DNA of 64,000 nt from an uncultured Verrucomicrobiae bacterium (GCA_963813025.1 CAWEXO010000011.1:192001-256000), one strand, 5' to 3'. Shown: positions 42,397 to 52,870, counted from the first letter of the stretch. Numbers and translations: made by a program. The notes: a model not told the origin generated them from the sequence alone.

Positions 42397-43394
42397 ACCA
42401 GATCTCGAGTCACCCACCGCAACAAATAAGCTACCTGATCGTCCGTGGTAAATTTGTTCGTGCCGTTCCGGCGAAACGTCACCTGCGATCCGGCGATCTC
42501 GGAAAGAACTGGGCCGGCTAGCTCTGTGCCGTTCAAAGACTTGGTTAAATGAACCGGCAGATCGTTTGCGCTCCACACGTACAACGGTGGTGCAATCAAG
42601 TGAAGGTCCCGGGCGAGACCCGCCACCTCGCGCACCAGATGCTCATGGCCTTCCGCAAGTTGTCGCAAAAGAAGCACCTCGCCGTGCTCGATTACTGCCA
42701 GGACCGTCGACCGGGCAAGCAAAAGAAGCACAAAAGCTGTTTCTTGTTGAACTGGCAGCTGGCGTAAAAGCCAGGCGAGCACAGCGATCGGAACGGGCAC
42801 GATCCCCAACAGCGAGCCATTCTGCGTTTCGACCCAGTTTTCGATCTCTTCACAATAATCCGCCGGTAATCCAACCAGCATGATCTGGGAACCTGCTTGG
42901 TCAAGTCGCCCGGAGAAAACTTGCAATTCCGACCCAAACACGGCCCAGCGGAACGCGCGACTATCATCCCAGCTCCCAATGACTTGTTTGGGTTCTTCCT
43001 GCAAACTCTCCAGAAGATCCTCCACGGTGATTTCGCGGAGATTCGTAGTGCGATGAATCGTGCAATATAACTCGGTTGAACTCAGGTCGGGCAACAACCA
43101 GAACTGTGGCGCCCCACGCACGCGCGATCGGGAGAGCAGTTTGGCCGTAAAGCTGCGACCGACCTCCGAGCTCAAGGGTTGCACGCCCGGGAACGGGGGA
43201 GCATCCGGCAACTCCCTGATCGCTCTCTCATACCCGAGATGGTTTTTTTTGCGCGAAATCAAGATCGCCGAAAACTCGTCCGACAAATAGATTGCGAGAG
43301 TCGGATCCTGTGATCGGATCAATCCACCCTGGAGATAGTATTTCCAAGGAAAATTCCGGAGATAGTGCGTTACCGAATACTTCATCGCCATCAC
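42393..43394 (-). CDS. PilM/GspL-cytoplasmic-like protein
   Basis: Soluble 333 aa; VPVPIAVL...LL.L....TVLAV..HG..LL.RQ resembles PilM actin-like subdomains; position between PilC and PilN. Confidence 0.55.
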   Translation of the reverse strand: MMAMKYSVTHYLRNFPWKYYLQGGLIRSQDPTLAIYLSDEFSAILISRKKNHLGYERAIRELPDAPPFPGVQPLSSEVGRSFTAKLLSRSRVRGAPQFWLLPDLSSTELYCTIHRTTNLREITVEDLLESLQEEPKQVIGSWDDSRAFRWAVFGSELQVFSGRLDQAGSQIMLVGLPADYCEEIENWVETQNGSLLGIVPVPIAVLAWLLRQLPVQQETAFVLLLLARSTVLAVIEHGEVLLLRQLAEGHEHLVREVAGLARDLHLIAPPLYVWSANDLPVHLTKSLNGTELAGPVLSEIAGSQVTFRRNGTNKFTTDDQVAYLLRWVTRDLV

Positions 43395-43438
43395 AATGAT
43401 CTAAATCACAGAATATAACAACATGTATTTATGGTGTT

Positions 43439-44656
43439 CTATATCTTTTGAAGAATTTCAATTGCCGGCAGAAACGTGGCAAACACAATACCGCCGATCA
43501 CCCCACCGAGAAAAAGAATCAACAGTGGATCGAGCACCTGGCGAATCGCGGTCAGCGAGCTGTCTACCTGTCTCTCCAGAAGATCAGTCAACCGGAAGAG
43601 ACCTTCCGTGCCGGCCCCGGAGATCTCCATGAATGAAAGCCCATTGACCAGCAAATCGCCGAAGATGTGTACTTCATCGGCCATGGCGCCCGCCAAGGAA
43701 TCACCACGTTGGACTCGCACGAGAGCGCGTGCCACCGACGAGCGGTATTGGTAATTCCAGCTCAGATCACGACACAGCAGAAGCGCATCCGTCGTCCGGC
43801 TTTTGGCGCTCTTCAGTTGCGCAAACGTCCGGCTAAAGTTGGCACGCAATAAGAGGCAAAGAAGTTTGCCAATTCCAGGTAGATGAAGAATAAAACCATG
43901 CGTCCGCGGCGTTTTGCGAATGAGTTGCGGTATCCTGGTCAGCAGGGTCAAAAGAGCCAAGCCCATCGCTAACACCGTGAATGGATGACCGCTGACCAAT
44001 CGCGAGCAGCTAAGCAGAATACGGGTGGGCAGTGGGAGGTCCGCGTGCAATTCCGCCAGGACATGGACAAATTGAGGAACCACTCGCACCATCAACATCC
44101 AGACCACGCCAAAGGCTGCCGCCAAGACGATCGAGGGATAGATAGACATTAAGCTCAGCCGATGCTGCAGTTCCTCGGTCCGCGTCCAGATCTTGCGAAC
44201 ATTGGTAAGCGCTTGACCGAAGGTACCTCCCTCCTCCCCGGCGGTAAGCAAACCGATGGCCACTTCGTCAAAAATCTCGGGATAGCTCTCGATTGCGCTG
44301 GCAAAGGAGATACCGCGGGAAAGTCGATCTCGCAGATCCTGAATGATCTCAGCCATCATCCGGCCCTGTTTTGTTCTCTGGCCGGTGGTTTTCCGGCAGA
44401 TGTCGAGAGCGGTTCGAAAATCCATGCCCAGGTATGAACTGGCCTCGAGTTGCTCGAGAAAGGTAAGTTTGGTGCGCAGGTTGGGCCGGAACGACCGCCT
44501 CGTTTTGGACGGTTTTGATTGTGCGAAAATCCGAACAACAACTTTATCCGCCCGAAAAAGTTTTTTGTTGAGAATGGCGGCGGACGGCGCATCGCCGGTT
44601 GCGCGCACAAAAGGTGCTCCTCGTTGAGCCTGGGTAACGTACGCAAAGCGCGGCAT
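43439..44656 (-). CDS. GspF/PilC inner-membrane platform protein
   Basis: MPRFAY, AGEEGG, MSIYP, VVPQF, LPLPTR, LDPLLI..LGG.IGGIV.A.FLP. Confidence 0.93.
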   Translation of the reverse strand: MPRFAYVTQAQRGAPFVRATGDAPSAAILNKKLFRADKVVVRIFAQSKPSKTRRSFRPNLRTKLTFLEQLEASSYLGMDFRTALDICRKTTGQRTKQGRMMAEIIQDLRDRLSRGISFASAIESYPEIFDEVAIGLLTAGEEGGTFGQALTNVRKIWTRTEELQHRLSLMSIYPSIVLAAAFGVVWMLMVRVVPQFVHVLAELHADLPLPTRILLSCSRLVSGHPFTVLAMGLALLTLLTRIPQLIRKTPRTHGFILHLPGIGKLLCLLLRANFSRTFAQLKSAKSRTTDALLLCRDLSWNYQYRSSVARALVRVQRGDSLAGAMADEVHIFGDLLVNGLSFMEISGAGTEGLFRLTDLLERQVDSSLTAIRQVLDPLLILFLGGVIGGIVFATFLPAIEILQKI

Positions 44657-44693
44657 AGCGAGTCAAACCAGAACGCCGATAAACAGTTAACGC

Positions 44694-45179
44694 CTACGGC
44701 GTACCGGACGCCCCGGTTGCCGTCGTTTCTGAGAGCGGGTCAGCCTCTGGCTGGGCAATGAGTGGGACGTTGTATTTCTTCAGCAGAGCCGCGAAACTGG
44801 CGCTTTTGTCGTTCGGCGCAAAATACGCGCAGTTGAGCAAGTCACCAGGCTCAACTGTTCCACCGGTCCCCTCATTCAACTGATCCTGGGTGGTAACAGA
44901 CTGGCCGAAGCGGACCAGATATCCTTTAAACAGATCAAAGGTGGCATTGCTTACCGGAGTGGTATCATCCTGATGATCCAGCCGATATTGGAGCTTCGCT
45001 TTCTCGAGCGCATCGATTCGCTGGGCGGCGATGGCCGCCTCCGATTTTTGGATGGAGTTAATAATAGCGGGATAGATGATTCCAGCCAAAGCGGAAATGA
45101 TTGCGAGCACCACGAGCAATTCCACTAAGGTAAGACCCGTCTGAGCTCTTCGCTGAAGATTGTGACGATAAACTAACAT
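44694..45179 (-). CDS. Major (pseudo)pilin, PilA/GspG-like
   Basis: QRRAQTG|LTLVELLVVLAII...IIYPA; first gene of the operon. Confidence 0.88.
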   Translation of the reverse strand: MLVYRHNLQRRAQTGLTLVELLVVLAIISALAGIIYPAIINSIQKSEAAIAAQRIDALEKAKLQYRLDHQDDTTPVSNATFDLFKGYLVRFGQSVTTQDQLNEGTGGTVEPGDLLNCAYFAPNDKSASFAALLKKYNVPLIAQPEADPLSETTATGASGTP

Positions 45180-45443
45180 AAGATCGGAATCTCCCGACAA
45201 CTCCGGTTAACAATGATCCAAACTAAGTTTTTGTGCGTTTCTAATAGGAGCGACCTGCGAGATTAAAGAATCGGATAAGTTTTGCAAGGCATTACTTTTG
45301 GCGAATCGTGTCTTTGGTTGACATGAAAACCAGCTGGGTAATCGAATTCCATTTTGTAAGTTGTTTGAATCGTTGAGGTTAACCCGGCGGCAGATCACAA
45401 TGAAAAGTCCGTGTGAAATTTTTTTAATCTTTGTATCGCGCAG

Positions 45444-45616
45444 GCCGGCATCCTTGCCGGTCCGGAGAGAGAGGACAAGCTGAAAAATGGTGTCGGGACT
45501 TTGGTTTCTTGGGAGGATTGACAAGCGCTCGTTGCCGCGCTCCTTCAGAGCTCTGCGGTCTTTATGCGTTTTCCTGGGCTGCACCCCAGGCTAGCTTGAC
45601 TCGCCGCTTTCAGCGC
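45444..45616. repeat. REP-like cluster (two families)
   Basis: gccggcatccttgccgg...gacaagctgaaa (same family as 21559) and cctgggctgcaccccagg hairpin. Confidence 0.6.
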
Positions 45617-45657
45617 GGAAGAGCCTCCTGAAGCCGGATACGCCCCGGAAGCTTTCC

Positions 45658-46215
45658 CTATGACCGGAGCGGCACTTCTTCCGCGCCAAGCTCCTTTTGC
45701 ACTTCGCTGACCAGGTACGGCAAATCCTTGCGGGTCATCAGCCAACCGATCAATGGCACGATGATCGTCAGTGCGGCGAGCAGGTTTAGCACGAGGAAGC
45801 CGAGTCGGATCTGATCGGGAGTCCGTTCTGGGGTAAAATTGATGCCGGCCGGGTAGTGAAAAATTGTCAGGATAGCGACTAGCCCGCTTAGAATCCCAAA
45901 CGTCAGCACCCAACCAATTTTGAAGGCCAGATTGGCCCCTCCTTCGAGCTCGAGCTCCGATCCGTGGTCTCGCGGCAGGACTTTTCCGGAGATATGCGGC
46001 TGAAACCAACTGCCGGGCGTCAGGAACCACCATACCCAGGCCATCCTGATCCGCCGCATGAGACGGAACCGTTCACCGGAAAAGGCCGACACAATGGGCC
46101 GAGTGCCCCGGTAAAGACTGGGAACCGAGGGGTCAACGATCGCTGGATCGCCGATTTTGCGAATACGTTCCAAAGCTTCCTGAGGGGAGAGAGGGGTAAC
46201 CAACGATTTAACCAT
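45658..46215 (-). CDS. Hypothetical membrane protein (two C-terminal TMs)
   Basis: 185-aa ORF with AGGAG SD and hydrophobic segments. Confidence 0.7.
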   Translation of the reverse strand: MVKSLVTPLSPQEALERIRKIGDPAIVDPSVPSLYRGTRPIVSAFSGERFRLMRRIRMAWVWWFLTPGSWFQPHISGKVLPRDHGSELELEGGANLAFKIGWVLTFGILSGLVAILTIFHYPAGINFTPERTPDQIRLGFLVLNLLAALTIIVPLIGWLMTRKDLPYLVSEVQKELGAEEVPLRS

Positions 46216-46416
46216 AGAAGTACTCCTTTTAGTCGCTCACGCGCAGGGCACAAGTCAAGGCAACGCTCCAGGGTGATGATTTTTGCTCAGCATGCGATGA
46301 TGCTGACGAAATTTGCTCACACTGGAGCCCGATTGTGAGCGTTCTTGTGCGCAGCGGGACTGCTGAAAAAATTTTCCTTCATGGACCGGCCGCGGCAGCG
46401 ACCGCTGGCGGAAGAT

Positions 46417-46466
46417 GGCATCCCTGCCGGTCACACAGGGGGTGACAAGCTGGAAGCCTGCTCTCC
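46417..46466. repeat. REP-like element (family of 21559)
   Basis: ggcatccctgccggtc...gacaagctggaagcctg. Confidence 0.7.
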
Positions 46467-46486
46467 GGGCCGAGACTCGGCTCGGT

Positions 46487-46502
46487 TGGCATATGGCGTG
46501 CT
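46487..46502 (+). promoter_or_regulatory. Sigma-54 (-24/-12) promoter of the urt-ure cluster
   Basis: TGGCATATGGCGTGCT places GG and GC at the consensus TGGCACGnnnnTTGCW spacing, ~57 nt before urtA. Confidence 0.7.
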
Positions 46503-46559
46503 ATGGCAAGCGCGTTGTTCCCTCATGTCAAAAGTGTCCATCGTCTCACCCTATCGCCC

Positions 46560-47869
46560 ATGAAAATCCCCAAACTGTTAAACGCGTCTTTCGCCGCATC
46601 TGTTCTCACCTGTTCACTGGCCATCTCCGCGTCGGCCGAGAGTAGCGAGCCAATCAAAGTTGGTGTCCTGCATTCTTTATCAGGAACCATGGCGATATCG
46701 GAAACCTCGCTCAAAGATGTCGCCTTGATGACCTTTGACGAGATCAATGCCGCGGGCGGGGTCATGGGACGAAAGATTCAGCCGGTCGTGGTCGATCCGG
46801 CATCGAACTGGCCGCTGTTCGCCGAGAAAGCGCGTCAGTTGCTGACTCAAGACAAGGTTGCCGCGGTCTTTGGTTGTTGGACGTCGGTTTCGCGCAAATC
46901 GGTTTTGCCGGTGTTCGAAGAGCTGAACGGTCTGCTCTTTTACCCGGTGCAGTATGAAGGCGAGGAAATGTCGCGGAACGTTTTTTACACCGGTGCGGCG
47001 CCAAACCAGCAGGCCATTCCGGCGGTGGAATATCTGATGAGCAAGGAAGGCGGCGGCGCCAAGCGCTTTTTCCTGCTGGGAACCGACTACGTTTATCCGC
47101 GAACGACGAACAAGATTCTGCGGGCGTTTCTGCACAGCAAAGGGGTTCAGGATTCGGATATCGCTGAGGTCTATACCCCGTTCGGGCATAGCGATTACCA
47201 GAATATCGTGAACGACATCAAGAAGTTCGCGCAAGGCGGCAAGACGGCGGTTATCTCGACGATTAACGGTGATTCGAATGTGCCCTTTTACAAAGAGCTC
47301 GGGAACCAGGGCCTGAAGGCGACCGAGGTACCAGTCATGGCCTTCTCGGTGGGCGAAGAGGAACTGCGCGGCATCGATACCAAGCCACTGGTCGGCCATC
47401 TGGCCGCCTGGAATTATTTCATGTCGTTGAAAAACCCGACCAATGACGCCTTCAAGAAAAAGTGGTTCGCCTACGTTGCCGCGCACAATCTTCCGGGCGG
47501 CAACAAACGGGTCACGAACGATCCCATGGAAGCGACTTATGTCGGGATTCATATGTGGAAGCAGGCGGTCGAGAAAGCGGGCTCGACCGATGTCGACAAA
47601 GTGCGGGCGGCCACGATCGGACAGACTTTCCGGCTCCATCCGGATTTACCCTGGAGATGGACGCCAATCATCATCTGCACAAGCCGGTGATGATCGGGGA
47701 GATCCGGCCCGACGGACAATTTAACGTTGTCTGGAAAACCAAAGGAACCATCCGGGCGCAACCGTGGAGTCCTTTCATCCCGGGGAACGAGAATAAACCG
47801 GACAGGGTCGCTGGGACGGAATCAGCGGATCCGATCGGAGCTTACCTGGCAAGCATCGGCAGGCCATAG
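46560..47869 (+). CDS. urtA: Urea ABC transporter substrate-binding protein (frameshift at ~47630)
   Basis: VGVLHSLSGTMAISE, GCWTSVSRK, YPVQYEG, GTDYVYPRT; C-terminus NHHLHKPV...AQPWS lies in the next frame. Confidence 0.95.
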
Positions 47870-47878
47870 GCCTTCCCT

Positions 47879-49516
47879 ATGTATGGCGTTTTGTGTGTGC
47901 TCCACCGGCGACAGTGGCTGACACTGTGGCTGGTGGCTGGTTTTTTGGTTCTGGCGAAGATCAGCGCCGGCGCCTTGACCCAGGAGCAGCTCAAACCGCT
48001 GGCAGGCGATGATTTTGACGCCAAGAACCAGGCACTGGATCAGATCGTCGCCCCAAACGATCCCGCGGCGCGACGAATTCTGCAGGCGCTCGATCAGAAC
48101 ACGCTTTACGCGACCGATGCCGGGCAAATACTGATCCAGGTGGGCGACTCTTTTCACGACGCGCTCACCGATGCGCCCGTAGCGATCCCTGCTGATTCGG
48201 CGCAACCGGTCACCCTCAGTAACGTCCTCAGGGAACGGGTCACGCGAGGACTCGCGCGGGTCGACTTGGAATCGCCTGACAAAACTCTCCGTGCGCAGGC
48301 CATCGCGACGCTGCTCAGCGATCCTGATCCGGCCTTCAACTCAGCGGTAGAAGCCGCGCGCCAACATGAGACCGATCCGGGCCTGCGCAAACGCCTGGAT
48401 CAGCTCTGGGCGATGACCGCTCTCCGGGATCCTGACCCCCAACGTCGGGCGACCGCGGTCGAGCTGATCGCGCGGCGGCACGACCCGCAATTGCGAACCT
48501 TGATCGCTCCGCTTCTCGAGAAGGGGCCGGACGGCCGTTTTGTGGAACTCGATGCCGGGGTCCGCAAAGCCGCTCAAACAGCCATCGATCAGTTAAAATT
48601 CGACGAACAAAAAACGCAGTGGGTCGCGAACGCCTTCGCCGGGATCAGTCTTGGAAGCATTCTCCTGCTCGCGGCCCTCGGATTGGCCATCATCTATGGT
48701 CTGATCGGGGTCATCAACATGGCGCATGGCGAGTTCCTGATGATCGGCGCATACGCGACTTATGTGACGCAGCAGCAGTTCTCGAGTCACTGGCCCCAGT
48801 TCCTCGATTGGTATCCGATCGCAGCGCTGCCGGTGGCGTTCGGCTCGGCGGCCATCGTCGGTCTGGCGATTGAACGCCTGGTCATCCGTTTTCTTTACGG
48901 GAGGCCGTTGGAGACTCTTCTGGCCACCTTTGGGGTCAGTCTGATTCTCATCCAAACGGTTCGAACAATTTTCGGCGCCCAGAATGTCCAGGTCGCCAAC
49001 CCGAGCTGGATGAGCGGAGGAATCGAGGCGATGCCCGGACTGATTTTACCCTTCAACCGAATCTGCATCATCGTCTTCGCCCTGACCGTGGTCCTTTTGA
49101 CCTGGCTCGTGCTGCAAAAGACGCGGCTGGGACTTTTTGTGCGGGCGGTGACCCAGAATCGGAAAATGGCCTCGTGTCTTGGTGTAAAGACGTGGCGGGT
49201 CGATTGTTACGCCTTCGCTTTCGGAGCGGGCATTGCCGGTCTGGGAGGGTGTGCTCTTTCCCAGATTGGGAACGTGGGGCCGGACCTTGGTCAGACCTAC
49301 ATTATCGATTCTTTTATGGCGGTTGTGCTCGGCGGCGTTGGTCAGCTCAGTGGAACTATTGTTGGCTCCCTCGGCCTGGGCTTGGTGACAAAAAGTATTG
49401 AACCGTTCTGGGGCGCGGTTCTGGCCAAAATCGCCGTGCTGGTTTTGGTCATCCTCTTTATCCAGAAACGGCCGCAGGGTATTTTTGCGCTGAAAGGACG
49501 TAGCTCTGACGCGTGA
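47879..49516 (+). CDS. urtB: Urea ABC permease with HEAT-like periplasmic N-domain
   Basis: GVINMAHGE, LYGRPLETLLAT, SQIGNVGPDLGQ, FIQKRPQGIFA. Confidence 0.95.
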   Translation: MYGVLCVLHRRQWLTLWLVAGFLVLAKISAGALTQEQLKPLAGDDFDAKNQALDQIVAPNDPAARRILQALDQNTLYATDAGQILIQVGDSFHDALTDAPVAIPADSAQPVTLSNVLRERVTRGLARVDLESPDKTLRAQAIATLLSDPDPAFNSAVEAARQHETDPGLRKRLDQLWAMTALRDPDPQRRATAVELIARRHDPQLRTLIAPLLEKGPDGRFVELDAGVRKAAQTAIDQLKFDEQKTQWVANAFAGISLGSILLLAALGLAIIYGLIGVINMAHGEFLMIGAYATYVTQQQFSSHWPQFLDWYPIAALPVAFGSAAIVGLAIERLVIRFLYGRPLETLLATFGVSLILIQTVRTIFGAQNVQVANPSWMSGGIEAMPGLILPFNRICIIVFALTVVLLTWLVLQKTRLGLFVRAVTQNRKMASCLGVKTWRVDCYAFAFGAGIAGLGGCALSQIGNVGPDLGQTYIIDSFMAVVLGGVGQLSGTIVGSLGLGLVTKSIEPFWGAVLAKIAVLVLVILFIQKRPQGIFALKGRSSDA

Positions 49517-50682
49517 ATACTGATTCAGTCGGCACATCGTCGTTGCGGTTGGGCGGTCAAACAGTTCTCGGCCGCGCCGGTTGGATTTTGCTCGGAAGTC
49601 TCACCGGGCTGGTCCTGCTGGCGGTGCCGGTCTGTTCACTCGTTGTCCCGCCAGGATCGCCCTTTTTCTTTTCCACCTATGCGATGACGCTCGTCGGCAA
49701 GATGATCTGTTTTGCGACGGCGGCCGTCGCGCTTGACCTGGTCTGGGGTTACTGCGGGATTTTGAGCTTGGGGCACAGCCTTTATTTTGCGCTCGGGGGA
49801 TACATGATTGGCATGTACCTCATGCGTTCGATCGGTCTGGAGGGCGTTTACCACAGTCCTCTGCCCGACTTTATGGTCTTTCTTGATTGGAAAGCTTTGC
49901 CGTGGTTCTGGCATGGCACGGAGCATTTCCTTTACGCCCTGTTGCTGGTGATCGCCGTGCCTGGAGCGCTGGCCTGGGTCTTCGGCTTTTTCGCGTTTCG
50001 CTCCGGAGTCAAAGGAGTGTACTTATCCATTATCACTCAGGCGATGACCTTCGCCATGATGCTGTTGTTCTATCGTAACGAGACAGGTTTTGGCGGAAAC
50101 AATGGTTTCACTGACTTTAAACGGATCCTCGGTTTCCCCATCACGGCGACCGGTACGAGGACAGCCTTATTTCTGGCGAGCTTTCTTTTGCTGGTACTGA
50201 CGTTCCTCTGCGGTCGGATCATTGTGACCTCGAAGTTTGGCCGGGTGATTCGCGCAATCCGCGACACTGAACAACGCATTATTTTTCTGGGTTATAACCC
50301 GGTTCGGTACAAGCTTGCGCTCTGGACATTTTCCGCCGTGATTTGCGCGTTGGCCGGAGCGCTTTACGTACCCCAGGTTGGCATTATCAACCCGAGCGAA
50401 ATGTCGCCGGGTAGTTCCATTGAGATGGCTATCTGGGTAGCGCTCGGCGGACGCGGCACGTTGCTCGGCCCTATTCTTGGCGCGTTTATCGTCAATGGAG
50501 CCAAGAGCTATCTGACCGTCGCGTTCTCTTCGTACTGGCTCTTTTTTCTGGGCCTCCTTTTTGTGATTGTGCCCATCTGGCTACCGCGAGGAGTCGTGGG
50601 GCTTCTCCATTTGGCGCGCCGCAAACGAACCAATGTTCTGCCCGGGCCAGTTCTGGAATCGGCCCCGAAAGTAAGACGGTGA
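49513..50682 (+). CDS. urtC: Urea ABC permease
   Basis: DLVWGYCGILSLGH, LPDFMVFL, GFGGNNGFTDF, YVPQVGIINP. Confidence 0.95.
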   Translation: MNTDSVGTSSLRLGGQTVLGRAGWILLGSLTGLVLLAVPVCSLVVPPGSPFFFSTYAMTLVGKMICFATAAVALDLVWGYCGILSLGHSLYFALGGYMIGMYLMRSIGLEGVYHSPLPDFMVFLDWKALPWFWHGTEHFLYALLLVIAVPGALAWVFGFFAFRSGVKGVYLSIITQAMTFAMMLLFYRNETGFGGNNGFTDFKRILGFPITATGTRTALFLASFLLLVLTFLCGRIIVTSKFGRVIRAIRDTEQRIIFLGYNPVRYKLALWTFSAVICALAGALYVPQVGIINPSEMSPGSSIEMAIWVALGGRGTLLGPILGAFIVNGAKSYLTVAFSSYWLFFLGLLFVIVPIWLPRGVVGLLHLARRKRTNVLPGPVLESAPKVRR

Positions 50683-51467
50683 AAATCTCGGACCAATCCG
50701 CCTCAACGATCGACGTCTCCCACGGAGTGATTCTTTACCTGGAAGATGTCTCCGTTGCCTTCGATGGAATCCATGCCCTGGATCGTCTGAATCTCACGAT
50801 CGATAACGGCGAGTTGCGTTGCGTAATCGGACCGAATGGGGCGGGTAAAACAACCATGATGGATGTGATCACGGGAAAAACGCGACCGGACCACGGAACC
50901 GTCTTTCTCGGACAACGGCTCGATCTACGACGACTCCGGCCACATCAGATTGTGCGCGTCGGGGTGGGCCGCAAGTTCCAGAAACCGACCGTTTTTGAGC
51001 AGCATCTTGTGTGGGAAAATCTGGAGTTGGCCATGGCTACACACCGGGCGTGGCACGATTCCTTGGCTCATTCGCTGGCTGCCACGACGCAGGAACACAT
51101 CGAGAAAACTCTCTCCCTCATCGGGCTGACCCGCGAAGCTTATCGGTTGGCCGGCGAATTATCCCATGGCGAAAAACAGCGGCTGGAAATCGGGATGCTA
51201 CTCATGCAAAAACCGCATCTGCTGCTGCTCGATGAGCCTGCGGCTGGCATGAGCGACCGAGAGACAGAACAATTGATCGGTCTGCTGAACACCTTCCGAG
51301 GAACCTGCTCCATGGTTGTCGTGGAGCATGACATGGAGTTTGTGGCGGCATTGAGCGGAGACACCGGACGCGTCACGGTGATGGCTGAAGGATCGATTCT
51401 CGCCGAAGGCACACTGCCGGAGATCAAAGCCAATCCGCACGTCATTGAGTCCTACCTGGGCCGATAA
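50679..51467 (+). CDS. urtD: Urea ABC ATP-binding protein
   Basis: GPNGAGKTT, GRKFQKP, LSHGEKQRLEIGM, YLGR. Confidence 0.95.
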   Translation: MKISDQSASTIDVSHGVILYLEDVSVAFDGIHALDRLNLTIDNGELRCVIGPNGAGKTTMMDVITGKTRPDHGTVFLGQRLDLRRLRPHQIVRVGVGRKFQKPTVFEQHLVWENLELAMATHRAWHDSLAHSLAATTQEHIEKTLSLIGLTREAYRLAGELSHGEKQRLEIGMLLMQKPHLLLLDEPAAGMSDRETEQLIGLLNTFRGTCSMVVVEHDMEFVAALSGDTGRVTVMAEGSILAEGTLPEIKANPHVIESYLGR

Positions 51468-52163
51468 ATGTTAGAAACCAAAGCGCTGAACCAGTATTAC
51501 GGCGGCAGCCACATTCTCCGGGACGTGAATCTTGAGCTTGCTCCGCGTGAACTCACCGTCTTGCTTGGCCGAAACGGGGTTGGCAAAACCACGCTTCTTC
51601 GCTGCTTGATCGGCCTGCTCCCGATACGATCGGGATCGATCGTGTGGGACGGAAAGCACCTCGAGAAACTGCCCCCTTACGAACGCGCGGCGCGCGGCAT
51701 CGGCTATGTACCCCAAGGTCGCGAAGTCTTTCCCAGACTGACCGTTGAAGAGAATCTTCTGGTAGGCGCAGCCGCCAAGCGTGGGCAAACCGAATCGCTT
51801 TTCGAACGGGTGTATGGATGGTTTCCGGTCCTTCGCACCATGAAGCTGCGGCGCGGCGGCGATCTTTCCGGCGGCCAGCAACAAATGCTGGCGATTGGCC
51901 GAGCGCTGATGAACGAGCCGAAGTGTCTCATGCTGGACGAACCGACCGAAGGCATTCAGCCTTCGATCATCCAGGACCTGGCGGTCACGCTTCGCCGTCT
52001 GGTCGCCGAGGCCGGGATCACGGTGCTGTTGATCGAACAGTATTATGACTTTGCCCGTTCTCTGGCAGACCACTATCTGGTGATGGACCGCGGCGAAATT
52101 GTCGCTAACGGCAAAGGCGTCGATATGGAGAAAGATGGTGTGCGGTCGATGATTGCGGTCTGA
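51468..52163 (+). CDS. urtE: Urea ABC ATP-binding protein
   Basis: QYYGGSHIL, GRNGVGKTT, LSGGQQQ, DEPTEGIQPSII. Confidence 0.95.
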   Translation: MLETKALNQYYGGSHILRDVNLELAPRELTVLLGRNGVGKTTLLRCLIGLLPIRSGSIVWDGKHLEKLPPYERAARGIGYVPQGREVFPRLTVEENLLVGAAAKRGQTESLFERVYGWFPVLRTMKLRRGGDLSGGQQQMLAIGRALMNEPKCLMLDEPTEGIQPSIIQDLAVTLRRLVAEAGITVLLIEQYYDFARSLADHYLVMDRGEIVANGKGVDMEKDGVRSMIAV

Positions 52164-52250
52164 GGTCTTGCGTGAGATAGCCCTAGTCTGTTCGTCCGAT
52201 GTCACCGCTGCCGAGGTCAGAAATGCAGATCCCGCCCATTCAAAGCCATG

Positions 52251-52870
52251 AGAAGCTGGAAGCTTATCCTACCGTGCAGGCCGCCTTGAAACGTGACTTC
52301 GGCTGTCTTGTGGAAGGGCAAAAATTTAGAGACTGTCTCACAACCTGGCCTTGGCCGTGTGCTGGTAGGGCGAGAATTTATCTGAGCCTTCGGCGAAGAC
52401 TCGTTCGAGCCGGGCACTGGAGTTGCCACTCCCCAAAGACGGCTCAAACAAGTTCTCGCCTGGCGCTCGAATGAATTTTCGCCCTACCGGCCGTGGCCAG
52501 CGCGATGTCGGGCGACAAACTTTGGATTCTCGCCCTACCAAGTTCTACCAAGTTCTCATGGCGATCTTGCGCAGAAGAGTTCCGCACGATTCTGCACAAG
52601 CACGGTATTGCTTTCGATGAACGCGCTGACTGGGATTAGAGCACCGAAATCTTACGCCTCTTTCAGGGCGATATGTGGGGAACGGTTTTTCTCGGGGTTA
52701 AAAACCCGCGGGCTGAGTCCTGATGTCCCTTCGGGACGAGAGCTAAAGTCCGACAGATCCTCCCCCGGGCTCGTGTCGGACTTTGGATTTAGTATTCCGC
52801 AGGAGGTGGCCTAACGATGTATGCGCCGTGCCTGCCGGCAACCTGCGCTGACAAGCTGGAAGCTTATGCA
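52251..52870. repeat. Pile-up of REP-like elements (three or more families) between urtE and ureD
   Basis: aagctggaagcttat at 52253 and 52853; ggtagggcgagaatt (52364) with inverted ttttcgccctacc (52476) and ttctcgccctacc (52527); cccgcggg...cccttcggg (52704-52735). Confidence 0.75.

Noticed and set aside
45207..45584. 125-aa ORF upstream of the pilin gene
   Set aside because: It spans REP repeats and AT-rich promoter-like DNA, so it is unlikely to be coding.
46680..47639. Long antisense or alternate-frame ORFs (also 31453-32532, 54532-55302, 60432-61166, 62404-63114)
   Set aside because: They are shadows of well-supported genes in GC-rich DNA and carry no motifs.
52598..52613. Sigma-54 promoter before ureD (aagcacggtattgct)
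   Set aside because: It lacks the -24 GG and the spacing is one base short.
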